From the NCBI RefSeq assembly GCF_006345805.1, contig NC_043003.1, forward strand, positions 2,232,001-2,296,000: 64,000 bases of DNA. The letters run 5' to 3'. Source of the DNA: Octopus sinensis (lineage: Eukaryota). Each line of letters opens with the position of its first letter. Within the stretch, counting starts at the first letter, position 1. The position numbers and the translations under genes were made by a program. Of the stretch, positions 48,903-61,238 are shown one piece after another. The notes beneath the pieces were generated by a model. That model was not told the origin of the DNA and ran no database searches. It saw only the letters and a list, made by a program, of their open reading frames with translations.

Positions 48903-49328
48903 TACTCTTTACTCTTTTACTTGCTTCGGTCATTTGACTGTGGCCATGCTGGAGCACCACCTTTAGTTGAACAAATCGACCCCAGGACTTATTCTTTGTA
49001 AGCCTAGTACTTATTCTATCAGTGTCTTTTGCTGAGCCCCTAAGTTATGGGGGGACGTAAACACACCAGCATTGGCTGTCGAGCGATGTTGGGCGATAGT
49101 GAGGGCGAGGACAAACACAGACACACAAACACGTACACACACACATACATATACATATATATATACATAAATGACAGGCTTCTTCCAGTTTTCATCTACC
49201 AAATCCACTCACAAGGCTTTAGTCAGCCTGAGGCTATAGTAGAAGACACTTGCCCAAGGTGCCATGCAGTGGGTCTGAACCCGGATCCATGTGGTTGGTA
49301 AACAAGCTACTTACCACACATCCACTCC
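48903..49328 (-). mobile_element. SINE family B
   Basis: Tail-to-tail with the preceding copy. Confidence 0.85.
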
Positions 49329-49611
49329 TACACACAATTGTTAAATTAGAAAACACTAATCTCATAAAAATGCCTACTCAGGATTTCCTGGTCAAAATAA
49401 CAATTCCTTCTGCCGTTTATCAAGCCGCAAACAAGAACCTGGTCTGCTGGGTTTACATCCTTTGTGGGTTTTCCATTTTTCAGATAATCTTTCATTCTCT
49501 TAATTGATCGAATATTTTTACTACTTGTTGAAACATTACCACATAATGAAGACGTTAAATGAGGATGATGATGATGATGACTATGAGGATGATGATATAT
49601 ATATATATATC

Positions 49612-49945
49612 AACATCATCATCATCATCATCGTTTAATGTCCGTTTTCCGCGCTAGCACGGGTTGGACGGTTCGACCGGGGTCTGGGAAGCCAGGGGCT
49701 GCACCAGGCTCCAGTCTTATCTGGCAGTGTTTCTACAGCTGGATGCCCTTCCTAACGCCAACCACTCCGTGAGTGTAGTGGGTGCTTTTTACGTGCCACT
49801 GGCACAGGTGCCAGGGAAGTCTGGCATCAGTCACGATTGGTTGGTGCTTTTAACGTGCCACCGGCATGGAAGCCAGTTGAGGCGGCGCTTGCATCGGCAA
49901 CGTTCGGATGGTGCTTTTTATGTGCCACCGGCACAGAAGCCAGTC
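49612..49945 (-). mobile_element. RTE 3'-tail element (family A) with VNTR
   Basis: catcatcatcgtttaatgtccg... plus three units. Confidence 0.85.
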
Positions 49946-49948
49946 GAT

Positions 49949-50260
49949 GGAGGCGCAATGGCCCAGTGGTTTGGGCAGCGGACTCGCGGTTGTAGGATCG
50001 CAGTTTCGATTCCCAGACCGGGCGTTGTGAGTGTTTATTGAGCAAAAACACCTAAAGCTCCACGAGGCTCCGGCAGGGGGTGGTGGCAATCCCTGCTGTA
50101 CTCTTTCACCACAACTTTCTCTCACTCTTTCTTCTGTTGGCCTGTTTGCTTAGCCAGAGGGGTGGCGTCATTTGAAGGCTAAAACAATGCAAAGCGCATT
50201 GTGACCAGCGATGTGTTGCAACATCAGATAGCCTGGTCGGTCACGGTGGTTACGGTGATA
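49949..50260 (+). mobile_element. SINE with the family D head and a different 3' tail
   Basis: The first 185 bp or so match 13664-13855; the sequence then diverges into ggcgtcatttgaaggctaaaacaatgc...cggtcacggtg. Confidence 0.82.
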
Positions 50261-50273
50261 TACATATACATAC

Positions 50274-50321
<48 letters not shown>

Positions 50322-50375
50322 AGTATATATATAAATACATATATACATACATATATATACATACATACATATATA

Positions 50376-50431
<56 letters not shown>

Positions 50432-50798
50432 GGCGCGGGCATGGCTATGTGGTTAGGGAGCTTGCTTCCTAGCTGTGTGGTTTCGGGTTCAGTCCCACTG
50501 CGTGGCACTTTGGGTAGGTGTCTTCCACTATAGCCCCGAGCTGACCGGAGCTTTGTGATTGAATTCGGTAGGTGGAAGTTACTGCCGTGTGTGTATATGT
50601 GCGTGTAGGTGCTTGTGCCTCTCCGAAAGAGAGAGAGAGAGGGATATGTGTATGTATATATATATAAATACACCCATTTTTATTAAAATTTACTTTCAAT
50701 TTAGCATTCTGCCTTATTATAATTTTTCCTCTCCTATCATTTCCCCATGTGCGGTTAACACAACCCCACCATTTACTGACTTATATAAATACATATAC

Positions 50799-50836
<38 letters not shown>

Positions 50837-50854
50837 ATACATATATATACATAT

Positions 50855-50888
<34 letters not shown>

Positions 50889-51409
50889 CAAACATACATA
50901 CATATGCACACACACACACATATATTATGGTCATATGATTTCCTTTGGACCTATTTGCAACCACTTTTAAGTTTCCTTTTGAGATTTTATCAATGAATTC
51001 CTTTGGCGCCTGAATTCCAGAGTGGGTTTCTCAATGAGAAACCAGCTCCATGCCTTCTTTGATCTGATCATATATTTCCCGCAATCTCATTGTCAGTAAT
51101 TAGCCTGAGTAATTAGATTCTGTTGTAGTTTTTATTGATGTTTTACTGTGAATTTTTTTTTGTGCAAATTGTATATTTTATCTTCTCTCCTTTACTTGTC
51201 TCAGTCATTTGACTGTGGCCATACTGGGGCACTGCTTTCAGGGGGTTTTAGTTGAAGAAATTGACCCCAGTACTTATTTTATAAGCCTGGTACTTATTCC
51301 ATCAGTTGCTTTTGCTGAACTGCTAAGTTACAGGAATGTAAACACACCAACACCAGTTATCAAGTGATGAGGGGGAGGGGACACAGACGCAAAGACAAAC
51401 ACATACACA

Positions 51410-51850
51410 CGTGGTTGTGTGGTAAGTAGCTTGCTTACCAACCACATGGTTCTGGGTTCAGTCCCACTGCGAGGCACCTTGGGCAAGTGTCTTCTACTAG
51501 AGCCTTGGTCCAGCCAAAGCCTTGTGAGTGGATTTGGTAGATGGAAACTGAAAGAAGCTTGTCGTATGTATGGGTGTTTGTGTGTTTGTGTGTGTGTGTG
51601 TGTGTGAGTGTGTGCGCGCACGTGTGTGTATGTATGTGTGCATATTTGTGTGTTTTTTGTCTCCCACCACCACCATCCCTTGACAACTGATGCTAGTGTG
51701 TTTATGTCCCCGTAACTTAGCAGTTCAGCAAAAGAGACTAATAGAATAAGTACTAGGCTTACAAAGAATAAGTCATGGAGTCAATTTCTTCAACTAAATG
51801 CAGTGCACCAGCATGGCCACAGTCAAATGACCGAAACAAATAAAAGAATA
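51410..51850 (+). mobile_element. SINE family B
   Basis: Head at about 51412; tail gcatggccacagtcaaatgaccgaaac at about 51810-51838. Confidence 0.82.
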
Positions 51851-52719
51851 TATATATGATGGGCTTCTTTCAGTTTCCGCCTGCCAAATCCACTCACAAG
51901 GCTTTGGTTGGCTTAAGGCTATAGTAGAAGACACTTGCTAGAGGTGCCATGCAGTGGGACTGAACCCAGAACCATGTGGTTGGTAAGGAAGCTACTCACC
52001 ACACAGTCATGCCTGCGCCTATGTTGATGTTATAGGCAAGGCATGGCTGTGTGGTAAGAAGTTTGGTTAGCAACCACATGGGTTTCGTTCGAGTTGCGGG
52101 GTGTGGCACATTGGGCTTCTGCTCCTCTATAGAAAAGAACAAGGAGAGAAAAGAGAAGAGGGGAACGAAATGCAGTGAAGAACATTCGTGTCTGGATTGA
52201 GAGTTGCCAATGTTTGTGTGTGAGTGCATATTTGTGTGTGTGTATATGCATGCATGTGTGGCTATGTGTATGTGTGTGTGTGGGCGTGTGTGTGTGTGCA
52301 TGTGTGTGTGTGCATGCATGTGTGTGTGCGCGTGCATGTGTAGCTATGTGTGTGTGTGAGTGTGTCTGTGTGTGCGTGCATGTGTGACTGTGTATGTGTG
52401 TGTGTGTGAGCATGTGTGGGTGTGTGTGTGTGAGTGTGAGTGCATGCACGTGTGTGTGCATGTGCGTATCTGTTAGTGTTTGTTCACCCCACCACTACCT
52501 GATAACCAGTATTGGTTTGTTTACGTCCCTGCAACTTAGTGGTTCAGTGAAAGAGACTAATAAAATGAGCAGCAGACTTCAGAAAAGAAAAACAAATACT
52601 GACGTTCATTTGTTTCACTAAACCCTTCAACGGAATGCCCCAGCATGGCCACGGTCCAATGACTGAAACAAATAAGAGATAACAGAGAAATGATACTCAA
52701 CCCTAAAATCTAAGACAGA

Positions 52720-55516
52720 GAACTGGCAGAATTGGCATGATTGGTAGAATTGGCAGGATTGGTAAGATTGGCAGAATTGGTGGGATTGGTAGAATTGACA
52801 GGATTGACAGAATTGTTATATTAGCAGAATTATCGGAATTGGTAGGATTGGTAAGATTGGCATAATTGGTGGGATTGGTTGAATTGGCAGGATTGACCGA
52901 ATTGTTATATTAGCAGAATTATTGGAATTGGCAGTATTGGTAAGATTGGCAGAATTGGTGGCATTGGTTGAATTGGCAGGATTGACAGAATTGCTATATT
53001 AGCAGAATTATCGGAATTGGCAGGATTGGTTGAATTGGCAGGATTGACAGAATTGTTATATTAGCAGAATTATCTGAATTGGCAGAATTGGTAAGATTGG
53101 GAAAAATGGTGGGATTGGTAGAATTGGCAGGATCAACAGAATTGTTATATTAGCAGAATTATCGGAATTGGCAGGATTGGTAATATTGGCAGAATTGGTG
53201 GGATTGGTAGAATTGGCAGGATTGACAGAATTGTTATATTAGCAGAATTATCTGAATTGGCAGAATTGGTAAGATTGGGGAAAATGGTGGGATTGGTAGA
53301 ATTGGCAGGATTGACAGAATTGTTATATTAGCAAAATTATCGAAATTGGCAGAAATGGCAGGATTGGCAGAATTGGTGGGATTGGTAGAATTGGCAGGAT
53401 TAACAGAATTGTTATATTAGCAGAATTGGTGGGATTGGTAGAATTGGCAGGATTGACAGAATTGTTATATTAGCAGAATTATCAGAATTGGTAGAATTGG
53501 CAGGATTGTTATATTAGCAGAATTATCGGAATTGGCAGGATTAGTAAGATTGGCAGAAATTGTGGGATTGGTAGAATTATCGCAGAATTATCGGAATTGG
53601 CAGGATTGGTAAGATTGGCAGAATTGGTGGGAGTAGTTGAATTGGCAGGATTAACAGAATTGTTGTATTAACAGAATTATCGGAATTGGTAGAATTGGAG
53701 GGATTGGTAAGATTGGCAGAATTTGTGGGATTGGTGGAATTGTCAGGATAGAGAGAATTATCGCAGAATTATCGGAATTCGCAGCATTGATAAGATTGGC
53801 ATAATTGGTGGGATTGGTAGAATTGGCAGGATTGACAGAATTGTTATATTAGCAAAATTATCGGAATTGGCAGAATTGGAAGGATTGGTAAGATTGGCAG
53901 AATTGGTATGATTGGCAGAATTGGCAAGATTGTTATATTAGCAGAATTATAGGTATTGGCAGGATTGGTAACATTGGCAGAATTGGTGGGATTGGTTGAA
54001 TTGGCAGGATTGATAGAATTGTTATATTAGCAGATATTGGAATTTGGCAGAATTGGTGGGATTTGTAGATTTGTCAGGATTGACAGAATTGTTATATTAG
54101 CAGAATTATCGGAATTGTCAGGATTGGTAACATTGGCAGAATTGGTGGGATTGGTTGAATTGGCCGGATTGACAGAATTGTTATATTAGCAGAATTATCT
54201 GAATTGGCAGGATTGTTAAGATTGTCAGAATTGGTTGAATTGTCAAGATTGACAGAATTGTCATATTAGCAGAATTATCTGAATTGGGAGGATTGGTATG
54301 ATTGTCAGAATTGGTGGGATTGATAGAATTGGCAGGATTGACAGAATTGTTATATTAGCAGAATTATCGGAATTGGCAGAATTTGCAGGATTGGTGGGAT
54401 TGGTTTAATTGCCAGGATTGATAGAATTGTTATATTAGCAGAATTATCGGAATTGGCAGGATTGCTAAGATTGGCAGAATTGGTTTGAATTGGCAGGATT
54501 GGTAAGATTGGCAGAATTGGTGGGATTGGTAGAATTGGCAGGATTGACGGAATTGTTATATTAGCAGAATCATCAGAATAGGCAGAATTGGTAACATTGG
54601 CAGAAATGATGGGATTGGTTCAATTGGCAGGATTTACAGAATTGTTATATTAGCAGAATTATCGGAATTGGCAGGATTGCTAAGATTGGCAGAATTGGTT
54701 TGAATTGGCAGGATTGGTAAGATTGGCAGAATTGGTGGGATTGGTTGAATTGGCAGGATTGACAGAATTATTATATTAGCAAAATTATCAGAATTGGCAG
54801 AAATGGCAGGATTGGTAAGATTGGCAGAATTGGTAGAATTGGTTGTATTAACAGAATTGTTATATTAACAGAATTATCGGAATTGGCAGGATTGGTAACA
54901 TTGGCAGAATTGGTGGGATTGGTAGAATTGGCATGATTGAGAGAATTGTTATATTAGCAGAATTATCGGAATTGGCATGATTGGTAAAATTGGCAGAATT
55001 TGTGGGATTGGTAGAATTGTCTGGATTGACTGAATTGTTATATTATAAGAATTATCGGAATTGGTAGAATTGGCATGATTGGTAAGATTGGCAGAATTGG
55101 TAGAATTGGCAGGATTGAGAGAATTGTTATTTTAGGAGAATTATCGGAATTGGCAGAATTGGTAAGATTGGCAGAATTGGTGGGATTGGCAGCATTGACA
55201 CAATTGTTATATTAGCAGAATTATCGGAATTGGCAGGATTGGTAAGATTGGCAGAATTGGTGGGATTGGTTGAATTGGCAAGATTGACAGAATTGTTATA
55301 TTAGCAGAATTATCGGAATGGGCAGGATTGGTAAGATTGGCTGAATTGGTGGGATTGGTTGAATTGGCAGGATTGACAGAATTGTTATATTAGCAGAATT
55401 ATCTTTATTGGCAGAATTGTCAGGATTAATAAGATTGGCAGAATTGGTGGGATTGGTAGATTGTCAGAATTGTTGTATTGTTGTATTATCAGAATTATTG
55501 GAATTGGCAGAACTGC
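52720..55516. repeat. 2.8-kb satellite of 9-bp subunits with a higher-order unit of about 89-98 bp
   Basis: Unit gaattggca-ggattggta-agattggca-gaattggtg-ggattggta-gaattggca-ggattgaca-gaattgtta-tattagca-gaattatcg (nine 9-mers plus one 8-mer), repeated roughly 30 times with variation. Confidence 0.95.
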
Positions 55517-56329
55517 AAAAGCATTGGCCCAAATGCCTTCTTGTTTAAGAATATCTGCCACCCGTCTCTGAGGTCCTTTAAAAGATTAGGGGACTACCTT
55601 TTAAACTACCCTTCCCACCTGACTAAATGGTATAAAAGAATAAAACAATGGATCTCCTTTTGTTGAAACACTTATAAACAATCTCGTCATCATTTTGGTT
55701 CCTATTCACTCTTCGTCGACCTTTCTTATTATTCCTTTCCTTTAAGAGTTACAACCCAAAGGCTGTGGCCATACTGGAGCATCATCATTTAAAGAAACTG
55801 GCATTCCATTGTTTACGACAATGAGTGATCCAGTTGATCCAATCAATGGAACAGCCTGCTCATGAGATTAACATGCAGGTGGCCGAGTACTCCACAGACA
55901 TGTGTACTCTTACTGGTGTGACACAAAATATGACAAAGCTGACCCTTTCAATTACAACTCATTTTTGCAAGTTAACCGGACTGGAACAATAGGGAATGAG
56001 GGATTTTTCTCAAGGATACAATGCAGATGGCACAAATGAGGTTGTACCATGTGATTCAAAGGGTTGCTCTTGTCACATTCCATGTCATGCTGAATCTCTT
56101 GGAGAACTATGTTAAGCACATGCATGCCTGTGGAGTACTCAGCCACTTGCACATCAATTTCACGAGCAGGTTGTTCTGTTGATTGGATGAACTGGAACTC
56201 TCAACGTTGCAATCAATGGAATGCAGGTTCAATACTGAGCAGGCACACAATCTGTTGCTCTGGTCTCGTGACTCCTCTTCTGCTGGATGGGATAGCCATA
56301 ACTGGATTGATATCTCTAGTGTACTCTGC

Positions 56330-56600
56330 ATACTCATGTGGTACCATGTAAAAGCACCCATGTGGTGCCACTAAAAATGCCCGTATGGAACCATGTAGAA
56401 GTACCTGAGCAGTGCCATGTAAAAGACACCCAGCATGCTCTGTGAAGTGGTTGACATTAGGAAGGGCATCTCGCCATAGAAACCCTGCCAAATCAGACTG
56501 GGGTCTGGTGCAGCTCCCTAGATTACCATCTCTGGTCAAACCATCCAACCTATGCCAGCATGAGCAACGGACATTAAACGATGATGATGATGATGATGAT
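56330..56600 (+). mobile_element. RTE 3'-tail element (family A, diverged)
   Basis: aaaagcaccc...ggacattaaacgatgatgatg. Confidence 0.75.
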
Positions 56601-58097
56601 GGTGCCCTCTATAGAGAGGGACTCTGGTGACATACAACATATGAGTGCACTGAGCTTCAAGTGACTTGGATATGATGTATGGGTAGGATAAACCTAACCT
56701 GTTTCATGAAGGACCATCTTTAGAAAATCTACAGAAAAGTGTGTCATATGGTAATGTTATGGTTGAGTATGAGTGTGAGAGGAAGAAGATCTTCTGGTGA
56801 AAGTTGAATGCATGTGGGTTTCTCTCATCGCTTGTCACCAAGAACACAGGTTTCCTGTTAGTTTGCTTCACAACCAAGAGAGGTGACTAATGCTGTGACA
56901 AATCACTCGTCACCTCAGCTTCTAATTTCCTCCTCTGCATTAATTACTTGTTTACTCTTATCTCATGGCTACACATTTCCATGACACAAATATATACTTC
57001 TCGCTCCCGCATCTCCTTCGCATACTGTTTCATTAACATGTAAGCACGCACACACACTCTCTACAAGCAAGCCAACACGGGAGCTACTATGCAGTCACTA
57101 AATTGCTAGAAATAGTAGCTAAATCTCCCTTACGTAACACCCAACCTAACATCTTAAATAAGGACAGTACATTTTAAACCATATACAGGATTCATTTAAT
57201 ATACATAGTCTCCAGTAACCAGTCAGCAAAGGAGCCTCTGTGTGGTCATTTAACTTGCTAGAAATAGTGGTTGAATCTCCCTAAAATAACACCAAACCAT
57301 TTTAAATGAGGAATGGGCATGTTAGGTAATATAGACCTTGATACCCTGAGGCAGGGGACTGACGGAGTTATAACAATGTCTGACGGAATGACTTGGAGGA
57401 TTTATTCTAATTGTTGGCACTCTGAGTAATTTTTCCCCAACATGATTCTAATTAAATCATCAAAATGTATGAGGAAATAAAGTCAAGATGTATATGAAAT
57501 ATCAGCCCCCACCCACCAGTTTTTCATGCTAAATTCTGATCTACATTATCTGAAAAGTATTTGGAGAATATTTCATTAAACAAATACTCGTTTTTTTCTG
57601 AAAGTTATGAGGAAACAAATTGAGGCCGTGTGAATTATCTGAAAATGTTCTCCCTCTTCTCTTTAAAAAAAGATTTCACAACAAATTTCAATATAATTAT
57701 AATCTACGCCATCTGAAATGTTCTTGTTGAAAATTTCAAGAAATCCCTATTTTTCAGAAAGTTATGAGGAAACAAAATCCAAAGGGGGAAGGCACCTGTA
57801 GTTATGCTCTACAAATAAAAACCACTTCTATTTTTTTAACAACAAATATGAAAGGATTCAGGAATCAACACCATTTGACTGATACAGAATTAAGACTTAT
57901 AAATGGCACAGCAATTATTTGGGTAATCTTTAATTTTCCAGAAGTATAAACAGAGATATTAAAAAATGCAATCTCACAAAGAATTAAGATGTCACAGTGA
58001 ATGAAATATTCAATGATAAATGAATCCCAAAACTGCATTTTGATAATAATATATTGAAATTAGAATTTATAAAAATTTCGTAAACAATATGGTCTTT

Positions 58098-58287
58098 ACA
58101 GTTCTATATTTAAGAGATGAGGAATTATGTACATTATTTACATTTGACGGATATTTTTCCTCATCTTGTTTGTTTTTAACACAATGTTTCTGCTGATATA
58201 CCCTCCAGCCTTCATCAGGTGTCTTGGGGAAATTTCGAACCTGGGTTCTCATTCCTAAGGTAATTTTCAATGTTGTTGTTGTTGTTA

Positions 58288-58332
<45 letters not shown>

Positions 58333-58413
58333 TATTATTATTATTCAGGTCATTGCTTGGAATCAAATTTGGAATCCTGGGGTTAGTAGCCAGTGCTCTT
58401 AACCACTATGCCA
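58098..58413 (-). mobile_element. tRNA-head SINE family E: (AAT)n spacer and HHR-bearing tail
   Basis: Minus strand: A-box TGGCATAGTGG, degenerate B-box (tttgattcc), (aat)n, then ccccaagacacCTGATGAaggctggagggtatatcagcaGAAAcattgtgtt and a 3' tail. Confidence 0.78.
58178..58223 (-). ncRNA. Degenerate type I hammerhead ribozyme motif
   Basis: GACAC-CTGATGA-A-GGCTG-gagggtatat-CAGCA-GAA-ACAT-T-GTGTT. Stem I GACAC/GTGTT; helix III ACAT (one transition from palindromic ACGT); helix II has a terminal mismatch. Confidence 0.55.
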
Positions 58414-58441
58414 AGATTCCGAGTTTGATTCCAGGCAGTGA

Positions 58442-58529
<88 letters not shown>

Positions 58530-58695
58530 TAATAATAACAACAACAACATTGAAAAATACCTTACGAATGAGAACCCAGGTTCGAAATTTCCCCAAGACA
58601 CCTGATGAAGGCTGGAGGGTATATCAGCCGAAATGTGTTAATAACAAATAAGATGAGGTCAAATACCTGTCAAATGTAAATAAGGTAAATAATGT
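58411..58695 (+). mobile_element. Family E SINE, 5'-truncated, head-to-head with the previous copy
   Basis: ccaagattccgagtttgattccaggcagtgacctg(aat)n...gacacCTGATGAaGGCTGgagggtatatCAGCCGAAAtgtgtt (HHR 58597-58639, helix III reduced). Confidence 0.78.
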
Positions 58696-59544
58696 GAATA
58701 TGGATTTTAATAATTACTTCTTGTTTGGTAAAAATTACATAATTCAAACTAAGCAGCTTTCTTTAATGTAGTCTGTACATACATATGCAATGTGCTTCTT
58801 TCAGTTTCCATCTATAAAATCTATTCATATGGTTTATTCAGCCTGGAGCTATTGAAGAAGGCACTTTCCAAGTACCATGCAGTGGTATTTGAAACTGAAA
58901 CTATGTGGTTGGGAAGCAATGTTCTTAACCACGCAGCCACGCCTGAGCATGTATAGAACCAGAAATGAAAATAAACAACAAAATTGTCAAAACACATTGT
59001 TTATTGGAATTGAGAGGAAACGAAACAGGAAAAGAAATTTCAACAAAACATGGATTAAATTATTCAGAGATAAGTTTGTAAACACAAGAGTCTGCATAAA
59101 ACCGACTTGGCAATGTTTTGGGCCTTTTGCTGCTTGATGGACATAGGCACCAAGCTGTCTGCTCCTTGATGAGGGTGATATCCTCTCCATATTGGTGTTT
59201 TCCCTCGACTACACCTCCATCCTTGATCACCACTCACTATATTCACATCTACCCCCATTTCTAACCAATTGTTACTCTTCCCCCCTCACATTCTTATGAA
59301 TCTACTCACCCACTCCTTCTCTCACTGACCCACTGTCTCTATCTCCTTTGATGCTCACCTTCTCAAACCTTGAGTATTTACTATGGAAGCCCATCACCAC
59401 CATGTTTGCCTTCTTCCCACCTATTTTCACCCACCCCTCTGCTCTATTTTACTTTTGTCTTGCAAGTTATTTGGTGACTTCATGAATGCTGGTAGCAGGA
59501 AAAAAAAAAGTACCCAGGACACACTGTAAAGTGGTTGGTACTCT

Positions 59545-59915
59545 TTACTCTAATACTTGTTTCAGTCATTTGACTGTGGCCATGCTGGAGCACAGCCTTT
59601 AGTCGAGCAAATTGACCCCAGGACTTATTCTTTGTAAGCCTAGTACTTATTCTATCAGTCTCTTTTGTCAAACCACTAAGTTATGGGGACGTAAACACAC
59701 CAGAAACGGTTGTTAAGCGATATTGGGGGGACAAACACAGACACACAAACATATACACACACCACATATATACGACAGGCTTCTTTCAGTTTCCATCTAC
59801 CAAATCTACTCCCAAGGCTATGGTAGAAGACACTTGCCCAAGGTGCCACGCAGTGGGACTGAACCCGGAACCATGTGGTTCGTAAGCAAGCTGCTTGCCA
59901 CACAGCCACTCCTAT
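59545..59915 (-). mobile_element. SINE family B
   Basis: Family B tail-to-head sequence. Confidence 0.85.
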
Positions 59916-61010
59916 GCCTAAGAAGGAAGGAAGGGTATCCACCCGTAAAAATTGTTCCAGCAAAGCTGACACTTGGAGGTTGGTGTGGCCCTGTGGCTCA
60001 GTGGGTCCTGTGAAATTGTCCAACCCATGCCAGCATAGAAAATAGAAGTTAAATGATGCTGATGCTGCCACCGATGACGACAGCAACGACGAGGATGTTT
60101 TTGAGTTCTTTGGCAATCGTAAGATGGTAAGAATGACTTCAGGTGATGCTTAGTAGTATCCCATGGTGTGCTGCCAAAGAATTATGTCTGTGATGCTGGA
60201 GGAAACTTAATTTAGCACCAAATGAAGTGAGGTGTTGGTTCTCATTTCATTTTCCTTTTTTTCTGTTGCGGATGTTTGCCATTTTGGCTTTGCATACTTA
60301 TAATATTTTTTAATGTTGAGATTCTTCAGTTGTTGCGCAATTTCCAAAGCTGCAGTTCCTCTTCAAATGCAGACAGCAAATGCATTTCCTTGTGTTACAC
60401 ATTCTTCAAAGTCAGGCTGTCAAGATATATTAAGGCTGCAAATTGTGTTCAACATCAGGGTTAATAATTCTAATGAATATAAACAGGTGTGAGCAGGTGT
60501 ACATTGTTTCATCTTTTACCTTTCCCTTGCTTCAGACATTGGACTACGACCATGCTGGGGCACTACCTTCAAGGGTACCTATTTTCAAACCTGATACTTA
60601 TGCAGACACAGTTACCTCTCCTGACGGTAGCTGTCTAAATAGCTCACCACTAGGTGGTGCAACATGTAACTCTGAGGTTCTGGCTCTTGGTCCTTTCTCT
60701 TTGTCATCCCAACAGCAGCATATGAGGACGTGACCTCGCTAGCCCTTGCATGATGCACACAACAGCTAACAGACATTGGAGCAGCTATGACATAGAATAC
60801 ACAGAAGCCGAACATGGCCTTCACTTGTAAACACTTTCCATGGTATATATTTGTGATGTAGAGTAAAAGCATTTAAAAGCTACATCTTGGTTCCATAAAT
60901 ACATTGTACAGTATCCTTTCTTTGAATGGCATCTATTCCAGCCTTCTGAATGGAGTCGTCATTAGATGGTTTCACCACGTGAGACCACAACCATCTATAA
61001 TGGTGACCCC

Positions 61011-61238
61011 AGCGAGCTGGCAAACACGTTAGCATGCGGGGCGCAATGCTTAGCAGTATTTCGTCTGCCGCTACGTTCTGTGTTCAAAATTCCGCCGAGG
61101 TAGACTTTGCCTTTCATCCTTTCGGGGTCGATAAATAAAGTACCAGTTTCGCACTGGGGTCGATGTAATCGACTGAATCGCTTTGTCTGTCCTTGTTTGT
61201 CCCCTCTATGTTTAACCCCTTGTGGGCAATAAAGAAAT
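61011..61238 (+). mobile_element. SINE family C
   Basis: agcgagctggcaaacacgttagc...ccccttgtgggcaataaagaaat. Confidence 0.87.

Noticed and set aside
52720-55516. Satellite as a repetitive protein gene (ELAGLVRL / IGRIG / QFCQSYQS) or a CRISPR-like array
   Set aside because: The 8-bp subunit shifts frame and stops recur every one to two units (longest ORF 62 aa). There are no unique spacers or cas genes, and the context is eukaryotic.
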